IMG/VR virus record: IMGVR_UViG_3300044729_003129
Location: 1-64,000 of that record
DNA length: 64,000 nt
Source of the DNA: a virus
Strand: one strand, 5' to 3'
Positions 46,293-57,088 of the stretch are shown piece by piece. The notes beneath the pieces were generated by a model, which worked only from the letters and a program-made list of their open reading frames with translations, did not search any database and was not told the DNA's origin. The position numbers and the translations under genes were made by a program. The first letter of the stretch is position 1. Each line of letters opens with the position of its first letter.

Positions 46293-46918
46293 GATGGTGT
46301 TGCTGTAAAGTTTGTCATATATTGATCATCAGTATAGCTAACTTTTGTGTTTTCTACACTGTATATATTGCTATCAATCTTATATCCTGGATTGCATGTT
46401 ATAGGCTCATCACTCCATGCTTTGTCATGCCACAAGATTCGATTGTTTGGATATGCATAAAAATGACCACTGTCCGCTTTAAAAAGATGAGCGCACTTGT
46501 GTTCGCTTGTCTCTGAAAAGTTTGTGTCTAATACCCCTTTATTTTCCCAAGCCCAATCAAGAGTAAAGAGATATTCACCCCAGACTTTAGCAGTCGATGG
46601 AGTTATAAGTTCTGCTCTCAAACCCCTAAAGCGAGAGCGAATAGAAACATCAATATACGGACTAAAGCAGTCCCAGTAGACGAGTTCTTCGAGTGGAAGC
46701 GGATCGCACTCTTTCCAACAAAATGCTGAGAGTGGGCGACGAGTCCAGTTTACACCATTTGACAAGAATGCTTCAAAGAGTGGAACACGATTTTCAATAG
46801 AAGCTACTGAGTGTATATTGACAGGAGTATATTCGCCATGACCCTTTTCATGATTAAAAAGATATTCGTTTCTTATGAAACATGTGATATTCGGAGTGTT
46901 ATGATTTAAGTATGGCAT
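46289..46918 (-). CDS. conserved phage hypothetical protein
   Basis: WDCFS, YLFTLDW, EHKCAH, YPNNRI. Confidence 0.75.
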   Translation of the reverse strand: MPYLNHNTPNITCFIRNEYLFNHEKGHGEYTPVNIHSVASIENRVPLFEAFLSNGVNWTRRPLSAFCWKECDPLPLEELVYWDCFSPYIDVSIRSRFRGLRAELITPSTAKVWGEYLFTLDWAWENKGVLDTNFSETSEHKCAHLFKADSGHFYAYPNNRILWHDKAWSDEPITCNPGYKIDSNIYSVENTKVSYTDDQYMTNFTATPS

Positions 46919-46921
46919 CGC

Positions 46922-48160
46922 TTATCTCTCCCAACCCTTTATTATATTTGGATCAAAGTTATTCTTAGAGAAGGTCATTCGGTCGACAAGCTTGACCACA
47001 TTTTGTTTTATATGATCATTGATAGCAAAGCCTTCCTGCCCTGTTACTCTAAAACCGTCAGTAGTACGCACAAACGTTGACATCTTTTTAAGTGTTTCAA
47101 GTTTGCGTATTATAATAAGTTTTGCTTCAACAATAGCGTTTTGTAATGCATAGACAAGTTCTAGATTTTTCTTGTTTTCGTCAGAGAAAAACTTTAAAAA
47201 CTCATCACGTTTAGCAGTCGCACTTGCTTTGCCAGCTTCACTCTTTTTAGATTCAATGTCTTTTGCATATTTGTCATTTATCCATGCAAGAAGATTGCGA
47301 ACATGAGCAGAGGTATCGATTATAGTTTCACCGCGTCGCACGAGTGTGTTGTTGAATGTTTCAAGAGTCTGTGCAAGTGATTGATCTGACTCGATCTCAC
47401 GAAGAGTTGAACCACTAATCTTTTGAAAGAGCGACCCTGCTTTTGATAGAGTCGTTGTTAACTCTTCAGTCTCCTTTGCGGTTAGAGTAGCTTTGCCTGA
47501 AAGATCACGTATGTATGTGTCTGAAAACCATACACTAGACGTCTTTTTAAGAGTGCCTGAATCAAAACCATATGATGCCTTCATGGTCTCAAATGAATTT
47601 CCAGAGTATTGTGTATGAAACATTACACCAATCTTTGATGCCTTTATAGTTTTTGCAAGAGTGCTGTCAGCCGGAATTGCATAGACAATTGTGTTTGGTT
47701 GAAATGTAAGATATTCAACACCGTCAAAACGTTCTGTCTTTAAATCTTTTTGTGTATAGGCAAGATCTCCTTGCAATACTCCTTTAATGCCTAGTTTTTT
47801 AAATTCATTAAATGCTACAGTTAATTTTTCTGCAAGATCACCGCTCGTATCAGCCTTAATATCACGCTCGCTCTTATAGACTTTTGGATTTTTGTTAAAG
47901 ATACCTTTCTTGGCGACAAAAAATGCTCCATCACTTGGATCAGTTCCAACAAATATTGCTGGAGCGCCGTCAAACTTTGCAGCAACATCATATGACTGTG
48001 GACTGTTTCCAGCTAACATGTCTCTCATACTGCGTAATGCAATGATTGCTTCACGAGCGCCCTTTACACCGCCATAGAGCACTTGATCCTCAATATGAAC
48101 CATATGAAGATTTTTACCTTCCGTACTTGCTTCTGTTATGTATTGTTTAAATGTTTTCAT
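46922..48160 (-). CDS. conserved T4-like protein with ligase-like K.DG motif
   Basis: MKTFKQYITE; HMVHIED; KFDGAPA; EGF; KLVDR. Confidence 0.75.
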   Translation of the reverse strand: MKTFKQYITEASTEGKNLHMVHIEDQVLYGGVKGAREAIIALRSMRDMLAGNSPQSYDVAAKFDGAPAIFVGTDPSDGAFFVAKKGIFNKNPKVYKSERDIKADTSGDLAEKLTVAFNEFKKLGIKGVLQGDLAYTQKDLKTERFDGVEYLTFQPNTIVYAIPADSTLAKTIKASKIGVMFHTQYSGNSFETMKASYGFDSGTLKKTSSVWFSDTYIRDLSGKATLTAKETEELTTTLSKAGSLFQKISGSTLREIESDQSLAQTLETFNNTLVRRGETIIDTSAHVRNLLAWINDKYAKDIESKKSEAGKASATAKRDEFLKFFSDENKKNLELVYALQNAIVEAKLIIIRKLETLKKMSTFVRTTDGFRVTGQEGFAINDHIKQNVVKLVDRMTFSKNNFDPNIIKGWER

Positions 48161-48161
48161 A

Positions 48162-48908
48162 TTAGAATGTTATGATGTCACGATTGCTCGCTGGTTTGTC
48201 TGTGACGACTATTCGGCCAGCACTATCACCTCGTGATGGTGATTTGCTGTAGATTTTTGGTGTGCCGTTTGGATATTTCGCGGTTGGATCAAACGTCTGA
48301 TCTTCGCGGCGACCCCGCAGTCTAAAATACAGGTCATGACTGTCTGCATACTTTTCGGCTGAAGTAAGTTTTCCATTTACTGTCAAGACTCCGTCATTGA
48401 ATTTTGACTGTACATTCATAGGACCAATATACATATAATCAATTGGGCCTCCCATGGCTAAATTTCCAACTACAAGCAGTTTTTTATCGGCGTCGTTTAG
48501 AACGCCATAAGTATCTGGAACTTTTTGATCAGCTTTTAATTTATTTTTAAGGTGTTTTTTATACGCAGAAGCATAGAATCTATAGCCGATTCCAGGTATA
48601 ATCTCTTCAATACCTCGTAATCCTCCGCCAGCAAGTGAAGGAGCGCTCTCGCCCTTCATAGAAATGTTTACAAATGTTCCATTCTTTAAAAATAACTGAA
48701 CGTCAGTATACGGTTCTGATCCACTTGATTGGCGACCAGAATATTTTTCTGCATTGACCACGTTTTTTATATAAGAGTCGTCACTTTTAACAGTTATCGA
48801 TTGCCCACCATTCTTTTTAACTGCAGATTTTACTGCCTTAACAAAGGATGATTCTTGACGCTCAGCTGATATACCAGCTTCTGTAATATATTCTTTAAAG
48901 CTTTTCAT
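48162..48908 (-). CDS. putative PD-(D/E)xK nuclease-fold protein with capsid-targeting leader
   Basis: MKSFKEYITE; EPYTDV...NISMK. Confidence 0.55.
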   Translation of the reverse strand: MKSFKEYITEAGISAERQESSFVKAVKSAVKKNGGQSITVKSDDSYIKNVVNAEKYSGRQSSGSEPYTDVQLFLKNGTFVNISMKGESAPSLAGGGLRGIEEIIPGIGYRFYASAYKKHLKNKLKADQKVPDTYGVLNDADKKLLVVGNLAMGGPIDYMYIGPMNVQSKFNDGVLTVNGKLTSAEKYADSHDLYFRLRGRREDQTFDPTAKYPNGTPKIYSKSPSRGDSAGRIVVTDKPASNRDIITF

Positions 48909-48917
48909 ATCAATAAT

Positions 48918-49667
48918 TCATTGGAAACACGATAAATTTAAATTTTTTGTAATTATTCTAACACTTTTTCCATCAACTGGTGCAATATTAAACGGCGATT
49001 TATGTGAAGCTGGAATTGAAAATTGCATTTCAAACGTAAATTGATAATTATTTGATCCCTTATATTGTACTCTAGCTCTGTACGTTGATTTAGCTGCACT
49101 TCCAAATCTTGGCAATCCCTTTAACTTTAATGGGTTTTTTGACCCAAGTAAATAAAAACCGTGTGTGCCTACATTTACATAATATGTTTTCTTTGTATTA
49201 TAATAATTTTCAATTTCAGATGCTTGTATTTCACCTTTAATGTCTGGAAATGTTGCTAAATCGCGTTCATATCTTTCTCTAGGAGTCAATTTTCCAGCTG
49301 TCGCTAACCAAATATCATCTTTATCGCGTTTAAATGGAATTTCTTTCCAAGTTTTTTTAATCATAGAAAACAAACCTACTTGTTTTGCTAAATTAGATAT
49401 AAATATTTTTTCACCATCGTCATCTGAAATTTTTCCAAATTTCCATGGATTGGTTTTATCTAAAATATCATATTTGAGGACAAGAGAACCTGCAGACGCA
49501 GCAGTTATCTTTAATTCACAGCCTGTTGTTATTCCCTTATGAACTAAAGCCAAATCCGGTTGATCGCTTCCAGCACCAGCTGGTGTAAATCCTTTAGGAA
49601 CAATTCCATATTTTTTTAATAGAGTTGCCGTATTTTTTTCATATTCAAACCCCTGTTGTGCTGCCAT
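48918..49667 (-). CDS. putative restriction-endonuclease-like protein
   Basis: GFEYE...PDL...CELK; late promoter 49675-82. Confidence 0.6.
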   Translation of the reverse strand: MAAQQGFEYEKNTATLLKKYGIVPKGFTPAGAGSDQPDLALVHKGITTGCELKITAASAGSLVLKYDILDKTNPWKFGKISDDDGEKIFISNLAKQVGLFSMIKKTWKEIPFKRDKDDIWLATAGKLTPRERYERDLATFPDIKGEIQASEIENYYNTKKTYYVNVGTHGFYLLGSKNPLKLKGLPRFGSAAKSTYRARVQYKGSNNYQFTFEMQFSIPASHKSPFNIAPVDGKSVRIITKNLNLSCFQ

Positions 49668-49673
49668 ATCTAT

Positions 49674-50138
49674 CTATTTATACTCTTTCAACAATGAACA
49701 GTTTTCAAAAAATGCCATATAGAGTTCAAGTTCGTATTCATCCGCTTCCTTTTCCCACGGAGCAGAGTCATAGTCATATTCTGAACAGTAGACTCCTTTC
49801 CATCGGGCACCTTCGTTGTCGCCGCTATAAAGGACAAGCTCTCTTCGAACATACTGCTTAAGATGAACCATTTCATGTGCTAGTATCGTTAACATGAGAT
49901 GATATGAATCACTTTTATTGAGTCTTACAATATAGTCAATGTCTGGTTCATCGACTCCACATTGACAACAGTCACCATGCACACGTTCAGATTCTGACAA
50001 ATTATCAATAAGTTGAATTACTATGCGTATCTTTCGAATGCGTGGACACAGTGTTTTTAGATAAAAATATGCAGCATTTTTTATAAGATTGTAAAGGCGG
50101 CGGTCACGTCTGGCGCCATGTACCTTGATACTTATCAT
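49674..50138 (-). CDS. HExxH metallopeptidase-like protein
   Basis: LAHEMVHLKQY...PWEKEA; start likely MISIK. Confidence 0.75.
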   Translation of the reverse strand: MISIKVHGARRDRRLYNLIKNAAYFYLKTLCPRIRKIRIVIQLIDNLSESERVHGDCCQCGVDEPDIDYIVRLNKSDSYHLMLTILAHEMVHLKQYVRRELVLYSGDNEGARWKGVYCSEYDYDSAPWEKEADEYELELYMAFFENCSLLKEYK

Positions 50139-50222
50139 TCTAAAGCTACTTATAAAAAAACTGGGATCCCTAAAATAGAGGTCTAGCATGATTGAGACTT
50201 ACGCGGTTTTATAAATATAATT

Positions 50223-50924
50223 ATGTATTATTATCTATATAAAATCACAAATATGACCAATAATAATATCTATATTGGTGTTCATAGCACAGCAGATTTA
50301 AATGATGGTTACTTTGGGTCTGGTAAACGTTTAATATATGCTATTAAAAAATACGGAAAGAATATATTTAAAAAAGAAATCCTTGAATTTTTTAATTCTT
50401 CAGAAGAAATGTTTGATGCTGAACGCAGAACAGTAAATGAAGAATTTGTCAAAAGATCTGACACATATAATATTAAAGAAGGGGGAAGAGGAAATACTAG
50501 TAACGGAAGTAAAGTTTTATGGGAAAATGAGGAATATAGACAAAAAGTTTTAGAAAGATCATTTTCAAAGTTTTGGGATAATCCAGAACATAAAGAAAAA
50601 TTACGAGAAGTACAAAAAACTGAAAAATACAAGGAAAAATTAAGTGCTGCAACTAAAATTAGTGCAAATAGACCAGATAAAATATTACGTACATCAGAAA
50701 CATCTAAAGAAAGATGGAAAGACGAATCATATCGTAAAAATATGTCGATCAAGACAGCTAATTTTATGAAAGGAACTAGGTATATTCACAATTTATCTTT
50801 AGAACAAAATAAAAAGGTATCAAGCAATGAACTTGATACCTTTTTAAATAAAGGTTGGGTTTTAGGATTAAATCTAAAGTTTAGCAAAAAACTGAAGAAG
50901 CAACGTGAAGAGCAGCAAGACTAA
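50223..50924 (+). mobile_element. Seg-like GIY-YIG homing endonuclease, antisense orientation
   Basis: YLYKITN...IYIGVH, YFGSG, YNIKEGG; TATAAATA 50210-17. Confidence 0.9.
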
Positions 50925-52479
50925 TTGCAAAAAATCCAAGTAATGGAGTAGCGTAGGACTCGATCATACGAGCAAGGTCACCATCAGATACTTCAACGCC
51001 GGCAGCAAGTGCGCCTGCTGCCATATTTAAGCCGCGTGATAGTTTACGAAGGTTAGCACTCTGTTTGCTTTTGCCTTTACGAAGCAAATCAACAACATGC
51101 AAACGAGCTTTTTGATCAAGTGAAAGACCGTCTTCAAGCTTCATATCTCCTACAATCTTTTCCATAAAGTCATAGATTTCAACTTCAGTAGGATCGATGT
51201 TGATGATAAAAGCACGTGTACGTAGTGCACCATCTGGATCAAGTTTGTCAAGGTTAAGGTTTGAGATAAAGATAATTTTGCCAGTAAATTCAAAGTAACG
51301 TGGAATTAATCCTTGATCGATAATTTCGTCATCGCTCATGTCGTCTTCTGGATCAACAACATTTTTACCCATCTTGTTCCAAACGAGCTTGCGAATCTTT
51401 TTGGTATCAGTAGCAGCCTTTAACAGGTTACGAGCTTCTTGATCACCGAGTGCGTCGTCACTGTCATCAAAGAAAACAATATCATTTTTGTAACGGAACA
51501 ACAATGAATAGAGACCAGCAGCACTTGCGGAACCGGTATTTTTAAAATAACCATTGCCATCGCGCAGTCCCATATCAGCAAGTATCTTTTCAGTTGTATG
51601 AGTTTTACCAACTCCACCCTTACCAGAAACAAAGAGTGCATTTGATGCGCCGCTAACAGTAAGTTTAACTAGGTTTTCAAGATCTTTTAGCTGAGCTTCA
51701 AATGATAGGCGCTCACGATCTGCTTCAATTTGTTCTACTTCCGGAGAATAACTGTATTTTTCTTTGGCTGCACCTTTAGAAACGACACCGGCTACGACTC
51801 CAATACGAGCCATAATCTTTCCCTTTTCAGCTTTGATCTGCTTTAGGTCTTTTGCCTTGCCAACCCAGACATACTTGATGCCTTGCTTTTCAATATAGTT
51901 TGGATATGCTGCCGAAAGAGCGTCAAAAATCTTGACTCCAGGAATGCCGTACATGCTGTAAATCTTACTTTTTACAAAGTTTGGGTCAACAAGATAGTCA
52001 GCAATCTCATCAAAAATAGCTTCAAAGTCATGACTGCTACGTGCTTCATTTAGCACTCCTTCATAGAGTGGCACCTCGTCAGGCATAGACATAATCTTGC
52101 CAAGTTCAACAGTGCCTGCAATTATAATATCAGCAACAATTGGCAATGTCTTTACAAGAGAGACACTCTGATCAAATTCAATATGAAATGGAGTTGGGCT
52201 CTTACCATTCCAGTAATCAATAGATGTTAAGTTATTTAGACCAGCGAGCGAGCTTTGCACCCAATTGAAACGAATACTTTGGTTGCGCTTTGTAGTATAG
52301 AGACGTAGTCCAAAACCAGTGCCATTAGAATTCTTGTATTTTTCTAATCCAGGATATTTAAAAAATGTAGTACCAGTCTTTTTCTTAAGGTAGCGTTGAA
52401 TGATGAATGCTGCTTTTTCTACAGATGATGTAGAGAGCGCCTCTGTTAGGTAACGTTTAAATTCGGTTAGTTTTGACAT
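50881..52479 (-). CDS. AAA-type ATPase with capsid-targeting-like N-terminus
   Basis: GKGGVGKT Walker A, FFDDSD Walker B, IFISN, ALRTR; MSKLTEFKRYLTE. Confidence 0.8.
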   Translation of the reverse strand: MSKLTEFKRYLTEALSTSSVEKAAFIIQRYLKKKTGTTFFKYPGLEKYKNSNGTGFGLRLYTTKRNQSIRFNWVQSSLAGLNNLTSIDYWNGKSPTPFHIEFDQSVSLVKTLPIVADIIIAGTVELGKIMSMPDEVPLYEGVLNEARSSHDFEAIFDEIADYLVDPNFVKSKIYSMYGIPGVKIFDALSAAYPNYIEKQGIKYVWVGKAKDLKQIKAEKGKIMARIGVVAGVVSKGAAKEKYSYSPEVEQIEADRERLSFEAQLKDLENLVKLTVSGASNALFVSGKGGVGKTHTTEKILADMGLRDGNGYFKNTGSASAAGLYSLLFRYKNDIVFFDDSDDALGDQEARNLLKAATDTKKIRKLVWNKMGKNVVDPEDDMSDDEIIDQGLIPRYFEFTGKIIFISNLNLDKLDPDGALRTRAFIINIDPTEVEIYDFMEKIVGDMKLEDGLSLDQKARLHVVDLLRKGKSKQSANLRKLSRGLNMAAGALAAGVEVSDGDLARMIESYATPLLGFFAISLAALHVASSVFC

Positions 52480-52517
52480 ATAAGCTATTTATAATAATAT
52501 TTGTATTATTTATAAAA

Positions 52518-53687
52518 TTACACCTTTATGTCACTATAATCTCTATTTTTTCGTTGACTATTAAATGGAGTGCTTACTACTGGAGAACTATCACCATCAT
52601 TGGTAATATTTGCCATAGGATCTGAAATATCATATAGTCTCATCTTGGAAAGATCAATTCCAATAGTAAATCGTTTATTGCTTGTTGGATCATTATAACG
52701 ATTCTTGAGTTGCTTAACCATAATCTGATTCATTTTGTCAAGTTGTTCAGTTCGAATAAATGCAAGCATCAAATCGGCCGTTGCGGGAAGTCCAAACGAT
52801 TCTGAGGTGTCAGTAATTTCTACATCTGAATTATTAAATCCTCCGCGAGTGACCTGAGTGGCACTCCAGATTGGAACATTAAACTCTACAGCAAGACCGC
52901 GAAGCTCCTCAGCAATACTCTTGATAAAACTATAGGTGTTGATGCTACCACTTAATCCTTTAACACGTGAAGATGCACAAATATTAAGATAATCTACATA
53001 TATGATATCGGGTTCAAACTTCTTTTTAAGTTTTAATTCGAGCAGCAGTGCTCTAAAGTGACCAACATGTGCCGCTGCAGTTGGATATTCCTTCACAATA
53101 AGTTTTCCATGAGTGCGTTTAGAGATGTCCTCTACACGAGAATGAAATTCGCGTTGAGACAGGTCTTTGATTTTATCAATTCGTATATCAAGCAAATTAG
53201 CATCAATACGTTCTGCAATACGCTCTTCTGCCATTTCAAGAGTAATATACAAGACATTTCGCCCTTGGGCAAGAGCAGCAGCAGCCATGTGACACATGCC
53301 TAAACTCTTGCCACAACCAGTGTTATGAGAAGAAACTCCATCGGTATAATAACGATGATTTTCATGATCAACAGTAATATCTACAATCGGTATTTGATTT
53401 CCTGTTTTTGTAACTATACCAATTTGATAACCGTCCTCAGTTAAATATTTTTGTTTTTTATGAACTAAATCTTTAGCATATTTCCAACCATCAATGGTTT
53501 CAAATAAATGATTTTCATTAACTCTAATAATTTTGCCGCTATTAAGCAATAAAACATATTCATCCCACATTCCTTTATCAATAAATGCTGACACAGGAAC
53601 ATATCCATCTGGAGAATGCACTTCTATTGAATAACCTTCGTTTAAAAGTGTTTCGATTTCTTTAATTGCAATAACTTTTTCTGTCAT
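52518..53687 (-). CDS. 41: gp41 replicative helicase C-part fused to a 122-aa C-intein
   Basis: ...VNENH...YYTDGVSSHN|TGCGKS; ITLEMAEE, VDYLNI, SATQVTR, QLKNRY. Confidence 0.92.
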   Translation of the reverse strand: MTEKVIAIKEIETLLNEGYSIEVHSPDGYVPVSAFIDKGMWDEYVLLLNSGKIIRVNENHLFETIDGWKYAKDLVHKKQKYLTEDGYQIGIVTKTGNQIPIVDITVDHENHRYYTDGVSSHNTGCGKSLGMCHMAAAALAQGRNVLYITLEMAEERIAERIDANLLDIRIDKIKDLSQREFHSRVEDISKRTHGKLIVKEYPTAAAHVGHFRALLLELKLKKKFEPDIIYVDYLNICASSRVKGLSGSINTYSFIKSIAEELRGLAVEFNVPIWSATQVTRGGFNNSDVEITDTSESFGLPATADLMLAFIRTEQLDKMNQIMVKQLKNRYNDPTSNKRFTIGIDLSKMRLYDISDPMANITNDGDSSPVVSTPFNSQRKNRDYSDIKV

Positions 53688-53738
53688 AAAATGTAAGTTT
53701 TTATAAATATAATATTAGCCGGAACAGTATATAGTCTT

Positions 53739-54554
53739 ATGAAATTTTACTCTCAAATTTATTATAAACTTTGTAATGAAAATGTAAATAATAAAATTCA
53801 TTATTGTAAAGGATCAAATATACATAAACATCATATTATTCCGCGTCATGCTGGTGGAGGAGAAGACGAAAGCAATTTTACTTATCTTAGCATTAGACAA
53901 CATATAATTGCTCATTTTTTGTTGTGGAAAATGCATAGAATGGTTAATGATTTGCGATCAATGCAGATGTTAGGAGCAAAGTTAACGTATGAACAAAGGA
54001 GTATTGTTGGTAAATGGTGCTATGAAAATAAAATAGGAATGTTTTCATTTAGTAAAGAGAAAAAGGCAGAAATTTCACGCCGAAATGGTAAAATGTCAAA
54101 AGAAAAAGAAACTGGTATTCATAATCCGGAAAATTTTTCAAAATTTGCTTCACTTGGAGGAAAGGCTTCGATAATTTCGCCTAATAACCCATGGACATAT
54201 TGGGCTACTCCTGAAGGTAGATCAACACGAGCAAAGTTGGGTGGAAAATCACATCTCGGAAAATTATGGATCCACAAAGATGATGTCATAACACGTTGTC
54301 TGTATAACGAAATTAACGAAAAGATGGATAATGGATGGAAATATGGAATGAAAGATGGCGGAAGGGAATATGTAAACAACGGAGAAAAAACATTTCGAGT
54401 TGAGTCCGATAAAATATTTGACTTATTATTGCGAGGTTGGAAATTGGGAAAAGCGTCTAATTATAAACCAGATCGTAAACGTTCTAAGCATGAACTTTCT
54501 TATGCAGCTTTACTCGAACTTGAGTGTCAGGATGAACACAGCCGGCGAGAATAA
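53739..54554 (+). mobile_element. free-standing HNH homing endonuclease between the split-intein halves
   Basis: HKHHIIPRHAGGGEDESN...QHIIAHFLL; TATAAATA 53702-09. Confidence 0.85.
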
Positions 54555-55125
54555 TGTTTAGCGTCTTACGTGGAATGCCTCCGCCAGTAATTGTATTAAA
54601 CATATCCAAGTCAAAGGGAATTTTATCTTCTGTCTTGTGATAAAACTCATAGCGACCATCTACGTTTTCAAGATAATCATGCCCAACGTTTGTATCAAAT
54701 GTTACGCTTAGCGCCTTACTAAGTATACTTGGAATTGCTCCTTCTGCTTTGTCAGGAGACTTGCCATCAATAATAGAAACTGCTTCAATAATAGCAAGAT
54801 GAACTGCTCGATCTTTACACCACTTTTCAGTTTGAACAAGTAACCATTCATGCTCAACTGAAAAATTTTCATTTAACGTTGAGATTGATTGTGCAATTGC
54901 GCCTGCGTCTGTACGACGAGTATGTTCGGACTGTTGAAATTCAATTGCTAACGATGATGAATTTGGGAGTTTATTATACTTTGTTATAAACTGCAATATA
55001 AGACCATATATCGCCTTATGATGTCCTTCAAAATATTCTGGTTTTAGGTGTGGTAGGGTTTTACGACAAAATGCTTCGTTATTGACTAGATTTTTAATTA
55101 TGATGTCTTGAAGATTATTCTCCAT
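54484..55125 (-). CDS. 41: gp41 helicase N-part fused to an 18-aa N-intein
   Basis: TEKWCKDRA, FDTNVGHDY, KTLNIILAG|CVHPDTQVRVKLHKKVHA*. Confidence 0.92.
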   Translation of the reverse strand: MENNLQDIIIKNLVNNEAFCRKTLPHLKPEYFEGHHKAIYGLILQFITKYNKLPNSSSLAIEFQQSEHTRRTDAGAIAQSISTLNENFSVEHEWLLVQTEKWCKDRAVHLAIIEAVSIIDGKSPDKAEGAIPSILSKALSVTFDTNVGHDYLENVDGRYEFYHKTEDKIPFDLDMFNTITGGGIPRKTLNIILAGCVHPDTQVRVKLHKKVHA

Positions 55126-55432
55126 GGTTTCCTATTTTATATTCTTGGTTTGAAAGTATATCAGATAATACGTCTCCGATATAGTTTTTAAAATCTGCAT
55201 CAGAATGCAATGTTTCTTTATCGCATCCAGTTGGAGTAGACATTATATTATATGCATACGATAATGTACACATTTCTTTTTCTTTGTCTTCATTTATTTT
55301 TATATTTGCATACTTATAGATGGTATCTACATACGGCCCACTAACAAGTCGTATTGCATACACTTTGTTATTTGTAGGGTCATCTACAAATATATAGTCA
55401 GATATTTCGCTCGGCATAAATTTTAATCGCAA
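55115..55432 (-). CDS. conserved hypothetical protein at the T4 gene 40 position
   Basis: Synteny between uvsX and 41; start uncertain. Confidence 0.65.
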   Translation of the reverse strand: MRLKFMPSEISDYIFVDDPTNNKVYAIRLVSGPYVDTIYKYANIKINEDKEKEMCTLSYAYNIMSTPTGCDKETLHSDADFKNYIGDVLSDILSNQEYKIGNHGE

Positions 55433-56022
55433 GAATTTCCATACTTTTGTGGAAGCCAGACATATGATGAAATTACATACTTTGGGTTAGAGATTGGAGT
55501 TGCACCCTTATGTGGATACATATAATAGGGTGGAAAACAGAGCACATTACCAGCTTCAGGTTTTATTGCAATTTCTGTGCCAATATCAAATAACGTTTCA
55601 CCCCCTTCTGCAACGTCGTTAAGATACCAAAACATTACAACTGCACGTTTACTTGATGGAACATCACAATGATCAGTGTGCCAATCAAAGAGCCCAGTTC
55701 CAGGCTCATAACGTTTTATTCGTGGCGCCTCAAAATCTTGTAGAGGTTCATAACACGGTAAACGATCCTTTAAAATATTACACGTTTTTTCAAGATAGTG
55801 TTTATTGACTGCTCTCATCAACGTCATCATTGGAACCCTAAACTCTTCAAATCCAGGATGATCAAGCATGTTAATCTCTTCAAAATCAAGGATTTTATTT
55901 TTACGATGTACCTTTAAAGGATCATTTTTTGATATTGAATCATATCTCGCAATCAATGCCGCGCACATATCAAGTGGCATCGCGCCTTTTAATAGAAGTA
56001 TATAGTCCGCCAAAGTCTTCAT
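55423..56022 (-). CDS. 2OG-Fe(II) oxygenase (P4H-like)
   Basis: WHTD, YLNDVAEGGET, YPHKG, KYVIS. Confidence 0.9.
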   Translation of the reverse strand: MKTLADYILLLKGAMPLDMCAALIARYDSISKNDPLKVHRKNKILDFEEINMLDHPGFEEFRVPMMTLMRAVNKHYLEKTCNILKDRLPCYEPLQDFEAPRIKRYEPGTGLFDWHTDHCDVPSSKRAVVMFWYLNDVAEGGETLFDIGTEIAIKPEAGNVLCFPPYYMYPHKGATPISNPKYVISSYVWLPQKYGNSCD

Positions 56023-56023
56023 A

Positions 56024-57088
56024 TCAGACTTCTTCGTCTTCTACAATTGGGTCTGAATCGCCATCAATCATGTCTCGCAGACCAATTGTATACTTTTGTT
56101 TGATATGTGAGGCAAATGTTGTCTTTGTAAAGATAGTCTCCCAAAATTCTTTTGTCAGCGTTTGTGCTGCGCGAAGGTTTCCTGTAAGTTCAGTTTTTGT
56201 CGCTGGATCGTATGCAGTATACCAGCCATTTTTAGGCTTGACTACGAAACCGCCTTCAAGCGCAATATCAAGCAACCCACTCCATTTTTGAACTCCACCT
56301 TCCCAACTAACGCTGATTGGAATCTTGCTCTTTTCTTTTACAAATCGAGACTTTTCAACATTGATGATAAAGTGATAACCTTGGATTTCAGTGCCATCTT
56401 TATCTTGCTGACGACCAATAATCCAAACATTGTCAGCGCTATACATAATTCCTGTTCCACCGCTCACCACAGCCTTGCTAAACATTTCTTGAGTCTGATA
56501 GGTATGATTGATTGCAAGAAGTGGAATGTTTTTCATTGTCAGGTAGGGGGTTATCATACGAAACAATCCTTTAAGAGCTTTAGCGCGAGTCATATCGGCA
56601 ACACTCTTTTCATTCATCGCATCTTCCAATTCCTTCTTACTTGCAAGATTACCAACACTGTCAATAACAATAATTACTTTATCTTTGCGATCCATCTGCT
56701 CAAGTTGATTAACAATATCAAACTTAAGTTCTTCAATGTTTTTAATTGGAATATGCAGCACTCGCGAAGTGTCAATTCCAAAGCTTTCAAAGTATTGCTG
56801 AGGAGAACCAAATTCGCTGTCATAAAACATAAGGCACGCGTCGGTATGTTTTTTAAGGTATGCACCTGCCATAAGCAATGCAAAGCTCGTCTTAAAGTGC
56901 TTTGATGGGCCGGCAAGTACAGTAAGACCACTCGTCAGACCACCATCAATACTGCCACTTAGAGCAACGTTGACCATTGGCACAGATGTAGATGTAACGT
57001 CTTTTTCAGAATAAAAGTCGCTGTCAGCAAGGACATCAGCTTCTTTAATTCTGCAATTCTTTTTTAATTTTTCAAGTACAGATGACAT
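56024..57088 (-). CDS. uvsX: RecA-like recombinase
   Basis: AGPSKHFKT, YDSEFG, DSVGNLAS, ADMTRAK. Confidence 0.95.
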   Translation of the reverse strand: MSSVLEKLKKNCRIKEADVLADSDFYSEKDVTSTSVPMVNVALSGSIDGGLTSGLTVLAGPSKHFKTSFALLMAGAYLKKHTDACLMFYDSEFGSPQQYFESFGIDTSRVLHIPIKNIEELKFDIVNQLEQMDRKDKVIIVIDSVGNLASKKELEDAMNEKSVADMTRAKALKGLFRMITPYLTMKNIPLLAINHTYQTQEMFSKAVVSGGTGIMYSADNVWIIGRQQDKDGTEIQGYHFIINVEKSRFVKEKSKIPISVSWEGGVQKWSGLLDIALEGGFVVKPKNGWYTAYDPATKTELTGNLRAAQTLTKEFWETIFTKTTFASHIKQKYTIGLRDMIDGDSDPIVEDEEV

